From contig JALDZX010000098.1 in assembly GCA_022813865.1 (NCBI GenBank), positions 1 to 44,107 of the forward strand: a stretch of DNA of 44,107 nucleotides. The letters run 5' to 3'. Under the pieces are notes generated by a model. That model ran no database searches. It saw only the letters and a program-made list of their open reading frames with translations, and was not told where the DNA came from. Shown piece by piece: positions 1-10,540 of the stretch. The stretch comes from Xylographa opegraphella. Its lineage: Eukaryota. Positions within the stretch are counted from its first letter, which is position 1; each line of letters starts with the position of its first letter. The position numbers were made by a program, and so were the translations under genes.

Positions 1-315
1 CGGGGCTCCAGAAGACTCCTCTAGTTCTGCACTAAGCTAGGCCTAATCGGCTATAGTAAAGGACTAACAACACAGACTGCTAACGCCCTGATTTTCAACA
101 CGTTTAAATTTAATTTTTTTTAAAAAAAATTTCGTACGCGCGGCCTTTTTAGCGGCGAAACGCGTAATATATTTTAATTTTATTTAATATTGCGAGAATA
201 ATAAATTAATACTTTTGTTGAAAATCAGGGCGTTAGCAGTCTGTGTTGTTGGTCCTTTTCTATAGCCGATTAGGCCTAGCTTAGTGCAGAACTAGAGGAG
301 CCTTCTGGAGCCCCG
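1..315. repeat. Fold-back inverted repeat: 100-bp arms (1-100 and 216-315) around a 115-bp AT-rich spacer; probable transposon-derived (MITE/TIR-like) remnant
   Basis: The reverse complement of 1-100 matches 216-315 with 3 mismatches (positions 15, 57, 65). The spacer holds a perfect 20-bp palindrome AA-T8-A8-TT (112-131). The left arm runs to the window edge, so its true end and any target-site duplication cannot be seen. Confidence 0.85.
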
Positions 316-389
316 TCTCCAGAAGAACTCTTCACCTTCTTAGTGATTAAGCAATGCACTGTTACCTGCTGCCATTACCTGCGCCTAGT

Positions 390-605
390 GATTAGTTTCA
401 ATAACTTTTTAAATAATTAAAATTAATCGATTTGAAATAGTTGTTCGAAATAAAATTTATAATTTTATAAATCGAATAGATTTTCAAGGTTCGACCCTAA
501 ATATTATTAAATATAATAATAAATTTAAAGTATTTATATATCTTACAAATACGAGCATTTATAATATTAGTAATTTTAGTAATTTTTTTAAACTATATTA
601 TCGAT
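390..605. mobile_element. AT-rich, TpA-rich segment, probably RIP-degraded repeat DNA
   Basis: Abrupt AT-rich tract, rich in TA and poor in CA/TG while TCGA is retained, next to the inverted repeat; no ORF. The RIP attribution is inference. Confidence 0.5.
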
Positions 606-1150
606 TGAAGTAGCTATGCCAAGACCCCCTGGAGCTAAACTCGAAGAGGGAATATTCTACTGATCGGAGCGAATTATTTGTCCACTAGAGGCCGATGTTC
701 GATTTGGGACCCCTCATCCTTAGAGCAGCTACGCTGCAATCATTTCCTATTTCCATTGTCACTTACGAGATTTACGGAGCAGACTGTGGGTTTAGTAGAT
801 TGATCATGATGCGATCAAGATACGTTTCCTGGCTGACTTCATTTTGACTATTGTGCCAGTGCGATGGTGACTGCTACTCACTATGCTGCGTGTTGTTTGG
901 GGATACGTGCGAGAGTGCTCTGTCGATCGGCATTTGGAAAGTCGCGTACGGCCGCATGGCCTTGCGACCATCAGTGCCATATCAACCATGGCCATGACTA
1001 CGAAATCACATAAATAGCCGTGAAACCTTCCATATTTTGAAGCATCAGTCTTGATACTTTCAATACAAGATCGATTAGCAGATTTCTAACATTCTATGAC
1101 CCTGTCCTCTCTGAGCCTGACAAAGTTTTCTTTCACTTAATCTTCGCAAG

Positions 1151-2978
1151 ATGTCTACCAAGTCAACGCGTCAGAACCCAATGAGTCAAGTTACCTCGAC
1201 GGTCATGCCTGCCGGCAAGGCTGAGGAACCGCATCGTCATTGGAACGATTGGCCCAATACTTACGCTGTATGAAGCACTGCCCCGACCCCAGCAATCGTA
1301 CCTTCCGTCAGAACGTACTCATATGTGCTTATAGTTCGAAACTGAAGATGAACAACGTACACCTGTCGAGTTAACTGTCACTGGAGAAATTCCCAGTTAT
1401 GCAGCAGGCACCCTTTATCGGACTGGTCCCGGCACTTACAAGGTTGCTACGGACAATGGGAAAGGATTCGCCGCCAGCCATTGGTTCGATGGCTTCACCC
1501 AAGTTCATCGCTTTCAAATATTACCATCAACGGACTCAACTGTATCGACTAAAGTTTTCTACAATTCACGACGAACCACAGACGGCATGCTAGAGAAGAT
1601 CAGAAAGTCTGGCCGCCTCGATGGAATTACTTTCGGACAGAAGCATGATCCCTGTGAAAACATTTTCAAGAAAGTGACAAGCACCTTCAAATTGATGCTG
1701 GGCAGCTCGGATGGAGACGAAGGCCCGGACACAGAGAACGTTGGGGTTACGTTATCAGTGAACATGCCTGGCTTGCCACCTCTCCCATCCTTGGGCAGCA
1801 ACAACAGCACCAGGACTATGACTCTCATGAACAAGACTGATGCATCTGTTTATCAGCGTATCGACCCAGAGACACTCGAACCCATCGGCCTGGCGAGGCA
1901 GACCATGTTGCACCCAGACTTGAAGGGCCCAATGTCCGCTGCCCATGCTAGAACTTGCCCGATCACTGGCGATGTATACAACTTCAACCTTGATTTAGCT
2001 AAGGATATCACATATCGTGTTTTTGGCGTCTCAGCTTCTTCACAGAAAACCACAATTCTTGCCACCATAACCGATGCTCCGGGCGCATATCTCCATTCAC
2101 TGTTCCTTACGACAAACTATGTGATCCTCTGCATTTGGGGATCACATTACGCATATCGCGGTCTCTCCCTCGTGTATGAAAAGAACATCGTTGAATCCAT
2201 TGCACCTCTAGACCCTGCGAAGCCGGTCAAGTGGTATGTCATCGACCGTTCTACTGCCCAGCGGGGTGTCATTGCGGTGTACCATACTCCAGCGTTTTAT
2301 TGCTTCCATACCATCAACGCCTACGAAGAGCCGTCTTCTACGGTCCCAGGCGAAACTGATATCATTGCTGATCTCTGTGGTTACGATGATTTAAGTCTTA
2401 TTCATCGTTTCTATTACGAGAATGTTTTGTCTAATGCACCCGGTGCACTCAAGTATACTGGCGGCAAGGGCGAGAACACCCGTTCTTGGTTGGGTCGGTA
2501 CCGTCTACCTGGTGTGCCCAAAACAGCAGACGGAAAGAAAGGAAAGCCAAGGACAGCAACACGAATTTTCGCAGCTCCACGAGCGAGGTCTCTGGAGCTC
2601 CCAACCATGAACCCAGCCTACGTTGCCAAAGCGCACCGGTATGTGTACGGAGTGACGGATAGGGGTTCTTCCACTTTCTTCGACGGACTCGCAAAATTCG
2701 ACTTCAAGACTCAATCGACCATTTTCTGGCAGCAACACGCCCAAACAGCGGGCGAGCCTATTTTCGTGCGAAATCCTCAAGGTACTGACGAAGATGACGG
2801 AGTGCTGTTGAGCGCGGTGCTGGATGGATACAAGGGAAAGAGCTATTTACTGTGTCTCGATGCAAAGGATCTGACAGAATTGGGAAGGGCGGATTTGAAT
2901 GCGGTGATTGGCTTTGGATTCCACGGCACGCATGTGCCGAGCCATGGGGACGGTGAGTATAAAGTATTAGATTGCTAG
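1151..2978 (+). CDS. Carotenoid cleavage oxygenase (RPE65/CCO family), possibly CAO-2/CarT (torulene oxygenase)-like
   Basis: Exons 1151-1267 and 1335-2978 (intron GTATGA..ATAG). Motifs VTGEIPSYAAGTLYRTGPG and HWFDGF, four candidate Fe-binding His (AAHAR, YLHSL, CFHTIN, GFHGTH), ELP, EPIFV, EDDGVLL. Substrate subfamily is inferred only. Confidence 0.9.
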
Positions 2979-3631
2979 GGCAAATTGGACTTCCGAGGAT
3001 CAAATTATTGCTTTGCGAGTATTGGAGGGGTGGCGGATTTTCGTTTAGCAGGGTTCGATCTATGAAACAAGTATCGCTGCTTCGATAGCAAACCATATAT
3101 AATGAAGCAATCATCATCGGAATGGCTCGGCGTCAGACTAGACGCCTAAATTTTCCTTATGCGCGATAATCTACCTTGCATGTACGAATAAACGTTGAAA
3201 AGCGCTCTCTGTGTGAAGCTGATAAGGGGTGGTTTCGGGGGCCGATCATACGATAACCCGAAACGCTAGCTGCCCAGTCACCTGATTGTTTCGTCACTTT
3301 GCAGCATTGCGTCTATCGACGGAGAACAGGACCATTGTAAGGCTGGTGAACGCTGGTCTATTGAGGTGTCTCCCTTGGCTGAAGTCTCTCTCACATCAAA
3401 TCCGTCTGTTACTGGTGGATAGACCATCTGCAACGCATTCTTCATCAGTGTCCTCACGACGACGCTTAACAACCATTGCTTTCTCCACGTCAGAAACCAT
3501 AAGCAGACGCCCCTCAGTTCTAGAAATTCGAGAACTTCAAACTCCTCATCCACAGTCCTTGCGGCCTTCATCAACGAAATAATCCCTTCCTCGCGTTTCC
3601 GTGTTCTTGACGGCTTGTCAAGGTGGACAGT

Positions 3632-5493
3632 ATGGCCGCCAGCCTAGCTGTCCAGGATCCTTTTTCGACGGCCATGCAAGATGCTTTGCCTCCACACTCA
3701 GCACATCCAGATTTTGGTCACCTGGTCCTGCTGGTTTTTGAGGCTGTACTAGAGGTGGTGTGCGTTAGTCTTCCAGGATACATCGTTGCGCGGCAAGGAA
3801 TGTTCGATGCGGATGCTCAGAAATTTGTTGCGAACATGAATGTCATGATATTTACTCCTTGTCTAAGTCAGTTTGGCCTTCCCACTTATAGGCTCTGTGG
3901 CTAATATCTGCAGTTTTCACAAAACTTGCCTCCCAGCTTAACCCTGATAAGCTACTTGAGCTCGCCGTGATCCCCTTCATCTTTGCTACTCAAATACTGG
4001 TTTCATACCTGTGCTCTGTCGGCATGTCAAAGCTATTTGGCTTTAGTAAAAGGCCGAGGAACTTTGTTGTGGCGATGGGTGTGAGTACAACCTTTGCCTA
4101 GAAAGTAGCGGAATGACTTACGACTCCACAGGTTTTCGGGAACTCAAACTCTTTACCAATTTCATTAGTTATCTCGCTCTCGCAGACTCTCAAAGGCCTG
4201 CATTGGGATAAAGTACCAGGCGACAACGATGACGATGTGGCAGCAAGGGGTATTCTATACTTGCTGATATTTCAGCAATTGGGCCAGCTCGTTCGTTGGA
4301 GTTGGGGTTATCATGTGCTATTAGCACCGCCAGAGACATATGAGGAGGAGGATCAATATACAAATTCACAACTTGAACAGGGACAATATCACGACGAACC
4401 TGAGGAAGAGGATAATGAAAATGCCGAAGTCGTTAATATAGACGATTCAACACTCCGGCGGAATGCTACGAACGGGTCATACGAGTTTGAGTCTGGCGAG
4501 CAGACACCTATCAACCATCGGAGAATGACTGATTCCTTGTCCTCGAAAGTCTCGGCAGCAGAGGACCAGCATGGAGGATCTGGGTCACCACCGGAGCTTA
4601 TGGCTACTCCTGCGAATGGAAATATCAAACCGCACCGGGATCAACTGACTCGAACGCAAACTTCCCGCTCGGTTCGCTCCGTGCTCACCCCAGGCGATGG
4701 CAAGGTTCCGGACGGAATTAGCGGCTATCCGGTGCGCTTCCAGCGGTTCCTTCGTCGATGCATGATCGCAACCTGGGATTTCTTCGCGAATATTACGATA
4801 TCCCTATTCCACATGTTGCCGAAATCAGCTCAATCGTCCTTCTCGATGATTTATAGACACTTGATGCGCTTCTTGGGCGGCGTCTGGGACTTTATGAATC
4901 CACCCCTTTGGGCCATGTTGATAGCCATTATAGTGGCCTCTGTACCGGACCTACAGCGTCTTTTTTTTAGCGAAGGGTCATTCATTGCAAATTCAGCAAC
5001 GCGTGCAGTTTCGCAGAGTGGAGGAGTCGCTGTACCGTTGATCCTGGTTGTCCTCGGCGCAAATCTTGCTCGCAACACTCTGCCAAGTGACCCGGATCAC
5101 ACCGCCAGTGACGAAAAAGAAGACAAAAAGTTACTGATTGCCTGCCTAGTCAGTCGTATGCTACTCCCTACTATTATTATGGCTCCACTGCTAGCCTTAA
5201 GCGCCAAATATGTGCCTGTCAGCATTCTGGACGACCCAATTTTCGTCATTGTCTGCTTCCTGCTCACAGGGGCACCCAGTGCTCTGCAGCTCGCTCAAAT
5301 CTGCCAGATCAATGGCGTCTACATGGGTGTCATGTCGAAACTTCTGTTCCAGAGCTATGTACTTTGGTATGTCTTTAGCTGCTGCACTTGACTGAGAACT
5401 GGTTTTTGCTAACCAATGCTCAACAGGATTCTACCGTCTACCCTCGTCCTGGTCATGTTAGCCCTGGAGGTTGTGGAATGGGCAGCTGCTTAG
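3632..5493 (+). CDS. Auxin efflux carrier (AEC/Mem_trans, PILS-like) membrane transporter
   Basis: Exons 3632-3866, 3914-4080, 4132-5366, 5427-5493. Motifs FTPCLIFTKL, FGNSNSLPISL, MNPPLWAMLIAIIVA, VAVPLILVVLGANL, DDPIFVIVCFLLTGAPSA; two hydrophobic halves separated by a long hydrophilic loop. Confidence 0.9.
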
Positions 5494-6277
5494 GCGTATC
5501 GCCTGGCAACTTTTGACCGACCTGTATATACTGACCACTTAGCGGGCGTATCGGGATTGTATATAAATACTGTTTGCACAACACATTGGTATGGCACTAG
5601 GAATAGAGTATCGTGGTCAACGAGGACTCGGGATTTGAGGTTATGATGGTTTGACATTGCCGGTAGATAGATACCTATGCCAGGTCATAAAATCATCACA
5701 GTTATTAAACCAGTATCCCCTAATTTCGCAACGGTTTGTGCTACCATTGTAAACTGCGTCGACTTCCGGCACTTTGTGTCGGGCAGTCTGCGTGGCATCG
5801 GTCGGAATATAGAGACGGTTGTCGAGAGAGGCAATGGCTGTCCGGTCTCGCAGCTCCTATCTACGATATGAAATTTATGACTGCGGGAGCATCTCGGCTC
5901 GTCGTGCAGAGGCGCTGCCTGTTCCGCTGCTGTACGATTGTTGAATACAGACAAATTATCACACAGCAGAGATTAAGCATTCAAGTTGTATAGACTGTAT
6001 GGTCATCACCCGTCGTGTGGCAGTATTTATGCGGCGGTCGTTGGATGGGTAATACAATGCCATTATGCATTAAACGTAGCACCTTCACGCAGGCTTGCAC
6101 AATTCGGTGAGGAGGGAAGGGTGAATTGATGCAAACCGCGATACTACTGCCCAAACATTTCAGGCTCCATATCACGTAAAACGGCGAACAGGATGTCCTC
6201 AAAAGTCGTATACATGGCATTGAATCCTCACGCATCCAGCTATGCCTAGCCAGTTGTCCCGTACCGATGTGCCTCCC

Positions 6278-7122
6278 CTAACGAGTCTTCGCGCTCACTT
6301 TACTTGGCGCACCCTTCGCGCCCATCTTGCTGACCTTGGCCCCGGATTGCCCTCTCGCCGCTCCCGCTGCCGACTTCGCCTTCTCCATCTTCTTCTTGCT
6401 CTCCGCCGCCGTTTTCTTCTCCTTTCCCTCCTTGATTGCGGCCTGACGTGCTGCGGCGCGGGCTTCGGGTCGCTGCGCACGGCGCTCTTTGATTACATCG
6501 AGGGAGGCACCCACGATGCCGCGCTGCTGCTTGACGGTACGACGGGTGCGCTTCTTGGCGATTTCCTGGCAAGAAAAGTGAGTCTTTGTGATTTTTTTGT
6601 TTTTTTTTCAAAGGAATAATATATAGGCAGGGACGACAACAGAAGTAAGGGACAAGCTGATATTGGCTGAGCTAGTAAGAATGCATGTCCATGTATCGTG
6701 CGTATCCTTCTGCGGATAAAATAGATACCCAGAGGACAATGTGATAAGGTGCCAGGAGGACGCGCTTACTTCCGAAATACCCTTCTTATGCTGCCTTCGG
6801 AACAAAGTTGTCCAGGCGATTCGGCGAGGGTTCTTGCGTTGGAGGAAGAGGGATTCGGTTTTGCCGTTCTGAAAGCGGAAGATCTTGCTGTCGCCGCGTA
6901 CGTAGAGCTTGCCCTGTTGGTGGAAATGGACACATTAGCATTTTCCCTTCGAAAAATGGAGATTCCGGACCATGAATCTGGAAAGGCTGGGCAATATGGT
7001 GTACATTCAAAGGTGGGATGCCAAACGTGGCAGGGAGATTTGGGGAAACGTGGAAGGGACGCAAATCTCACCTTGCCGGGGTAGATCTTGTCGCCACTGA
7101 ATGTATCCTCGTAGGTACGCAT
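6278..7122 (-). CDS. RPL24: 60S ribosomal protein L24 (eL24)
   Basis: Exons 7122-7072, 6913-6770, 6565-6278 give 160 aa: MRTYEDTFSGDKIYPGKGKLYVRGDSKIFRFQNGK..KNPRRIAWT..IVGASLDVIKERR, with a Lys/Ala-rich tail. Confidence 0.97.
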
Positions 7123-9294
7123 GGTGGCGGTGTTTGTGGTGCGTAACCTGAGATTTGATGTATCTGGCCTGCTGGTGATGTTATCGGCCAAAGTTCGTTT
7201 GTGGGCTTCCAGGGTCCAGAGGTCAGGTGACTTACCCTAGACATTTCGAAGTGAACACCACCAACTCTAATTACTCCGTACCCAGGGATCTATTCATTCC
7301 TACGTGTGCATCATGGTTAGTGTCTTATCATGTTCAATCGACAAATTGGGAGTCTATCAATTCTATATTAATGTTGACTAAGTGAAAGTCACGATTGAGT
7401 CAAAAGTTGCCTTCGGACCTTCTGTGCTAAAGATCTCCGTGATTTGTTGAAAACTTATAAATCAAATATCCTACAGAAATATATACACAGCAACGGATCA
7501 GACCGCTGGACCTCCCCTTATCACTTCCCTTACCTCTCCCATTGCTTACATTCTAGGCACAAGAGCTTCGTGAATTTCGTGACCTGTATCTAATTGCAGG
7601 TTGAGCTGGGAGAACCGAATTCTAGCATGTTTGATACAGACCTTGACGTGCACCAAGCTACACAACAAAATACCGAAGTCTCTGGATAGCTAGTATGTCA
7701 CACTCGCTACCTTAGATGTGTGTGCTTTCATAATGATCAACGACAGTATTATCTAGGAATGTCTTTGACGATTTGCGGATTTCCAAGGGCCTCAGAGCGC
7801 TTCGAACGTGCAAAACCGCTCCTTGCCATTTTGGTGTGAATGTCTTGACAGGCACAGCAAACCATATCGCAGATTTTGCAGTGCTTACTTCACTGCCAGC
7901 ATTTGAGATTTTTTGCGAAGTATCTCCGCGATGATTTTGGTGCAACCGCAACCATTTGCTCTCCTCGTGTTTATAACATTGTGAAATGTGTTCGTCTCCA
8001 TGCAGAGAACGTCTAGTCGTGAAAGGGGAAGCATTGATATCAATGGAAGGGGGGGGGTGTGTGTACTTTTGGCATCTGACAGAATATTCTCCGCCTCGGA
8101 TTTGCTTGAGAAATGCTCCCTTCGCGGCCGTTGAGTTTCGAAGTGACCTCTATTCTGAACACAGAAAACCTAGTACTCAGACCCCGTCTTGACTTTTCGC
8201 AATAGCATCAATAGTGAAAATGTGAGCCGAAGGATGTGTTCCAGCACTTCATATAAAGGTATTCTCAAACTATGAGATGTGATGCAGAAAATGGCAGTGC
8301 TTCAGTCCACGATACTCTTAATACTCAAGAGGGATAGCTGACGTCCTGAAACAACATGGGGTTGCTTTGAGCCAAGAAAGCTCTAGTAACAAAACTGCAC
8401 TGACTGGCACACGAAAACAGAGGATCATTGTGCCACTAAGAGCTCTTCCAAATATAGGACGGATTCCACGCGTACGCGCGTGAATTAGTGCTGCAAATTT
8501 ACTACAAGCCAGGCACGTAGGCCGGGTGTTTATGGTCTGACCTATTCTGGATCCATATCTGCACCGACCGCGATCGCTTGCTTCTGTACGGAGCGTGTTT
8601 CCAAACATGTTTGGGTCTTCTACCACCGAATCTCGAGAGCTAGAAGGCCCCATCTTCCGATGTTCGAGCAGGATTGGGCACTACAACGCCAGTATTAGAT
8701 GTCGCTGCTATAGAAGTACTTAAATAGTATATGCTGGTCGACAATGGTAAGCGTGTGAGAGGTATAATTGACAAGGCCCTGTATAATCTGTATAATAGTC
8801 AAACAGTCAAGCAAATTAGGCTCGAAATTTTTGGCACGCGGGAGTTGAGCGTTTGGTTTCCATGAAATTGCCACCAAGCTTTTCCGCGGACATCGAAAAA
8901 TTTGGGCGCACCGAGTTGCCAGATGCTTTCAATGGTTGGCTTATTGAATCAGCACGTACAAGGATGACTTCGTGAAAGATCTTCGAGGCAAAGTTCATCG
9001 AGAATACTTCCTATTTAAAACTCAATTTCCAGCATGTAATTGTGTATAATGCACTAATGTCAATATAGAACTGCAGTATTCTGCATGTCCTCAAACATGC
9101 ACATCGAAGAAACACAGCAGCGGAAGCTTGCTGGACCTGCCCCCAGCTTCACGAGTAATAGTCGCAGGAAGACTGTTGAAAAGAAGTTGTATACGGTGCC
9201 CGAGAAGCCAGGAAACAGACATAGTCTGTCCATGTCATCATAACTTCGTTTCCATCTACCCCTTTTCCAGTTCAATCAATAAACGCTCCTTCCA

Positions 9295-9910
9295 TCAGCT
9301 CTTCGCGTAAGTCCTAGTCCAATCTCTTGCAGTCTGGATAGCAGCCTGTTCATCTTCCTTCCAACGTTGAGCAACGTCATTCGCCAACGGGTCATCTGGA
9401 TTTGGAGCCCCTAATAGTGCTTGTATAGATAGCAGAATCGTCCGGATTTGAAGCGCAGGAGACCAGTTACCTATAATCATCAGTGTTGTTGGGAAATATA
9501 GACGTATCAATGCGTACTCTTTAGCACATCTAAACATATACGTCCCAGTTTGTCAATATTCGGATGGTATATTTTTGTCAGAAATCGAATCTTAGGGGGT
9601 GTCATCGGGTAATCGTCTGGCAAAAAGAGCTCAAGTTTAAATATGCCTCCTATCGCAAGATCAGCATGGGGTGTGTATCGAGATATGGACATGCGGTAGT
9701 GTTCTGCGAACCTTCGTAAGGTGATTGGGAAGGGCCATGGATCATGACGTCGAAATATCTCAGGTTGTCTTCATGTGGAACGGCGCTGATTCCTGGAACT
9801 CTGATTTGGTAGAGTCAGTGAACACGTCTGCACAGCTCCGGCAGTTATACATACGGTTCAGCCATCAGCCGTTCCGTTTCCTTCACTATTCTTTTTGGAA
9901 GAGCAGCCAT
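9295..9910 (-). CDS. UBC13: Ubiquitin-conjugating enzyme E2 Ubc13 (UBE2N)
   Basis: Exons 9910-9855, 9800-9712, 9649-9518, 9470-9295 give 150 aa: [72 protein letters not shown]. Confidence 0.97.
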
Positions 9911-10540
9911 TTTCGCTCAAGCAAACAGGCTTGCCCAAGAGAAAAGCTCGGCGAAAAAATCTATTGGAATGAGGTTCCCCACAACTTTGTTTGAATCTAT
10001 ACAACGTCCAAAACCTGGAAGTCGAAGAACCTCACTGGCACCTTAACGACCCCTGAGAAGACCGCTTCGAATTACGATTCCCAAAGTACCTCAAAACCTC
10101 AGGTAACCATAGAATAGCGAAAAGACCGGTTACGCCAGGCATGAGATGTCAATCCCAATTATGTCTGATTCACGTCCCAACAGCTCTGTCGTGACGGCCT
10201 TTTCTGGTTAGTGTGGAAAAGGTGCCTCCAGACATGCGGGTAAGGCGTCTGCCTTATCAACCACTACCTTAGCTCGAGTCCAAGCGACATCTGGAGATAT
10301 TGATCACCTATACGTCTACCGTGTACACGGTTAAACACATGTTCGAATTACTACCGTTGGCACATAACAATGCGTCCGAAGCACAAACCACCTTGGATCA
10401 TGAACATTCATTTTCAGTATATTAAGAGTTGATTTGTTGCTTCTGATGCTGGCCCTCATAAGAGCTCGACGAGCTCATCCTAAATATATAAAGGCCTTTC
10501 CCCCCCATAAGTCTTTATCTTGCCTCATTATAAGTTTAGT
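9911..10540. promoter_or_regulatory. Divergent promoter region between UBC13 and WDR59/SEA3
   Basis: 630 bp between head-to-head start codons; TATATAAA near 10485, upstream of the WDR59 ATG. Confidence 0.5.

Noticed and set aside
488..497. GGTTCGACCC resembling a tRNA B-box (also TTCGAATCC near 18819)
   Set aside because: No A-box, acceptor stem or cloverleaf could be built around either site.
6566..7071. Intronic snoRNA in the relatively long RPL24 introns
   Set aside because: No box C/box D pair with a terminal stem on the sense strand, and no convincing H/ACA layout by eye.
7123..7191. TTG-initiated N-terminal extension of RPL24 suggested by the ORF track
   Set aside because: The ATG at 7122 has strong context (GCCACCATG) and gives the standard eL24 N-terminus.
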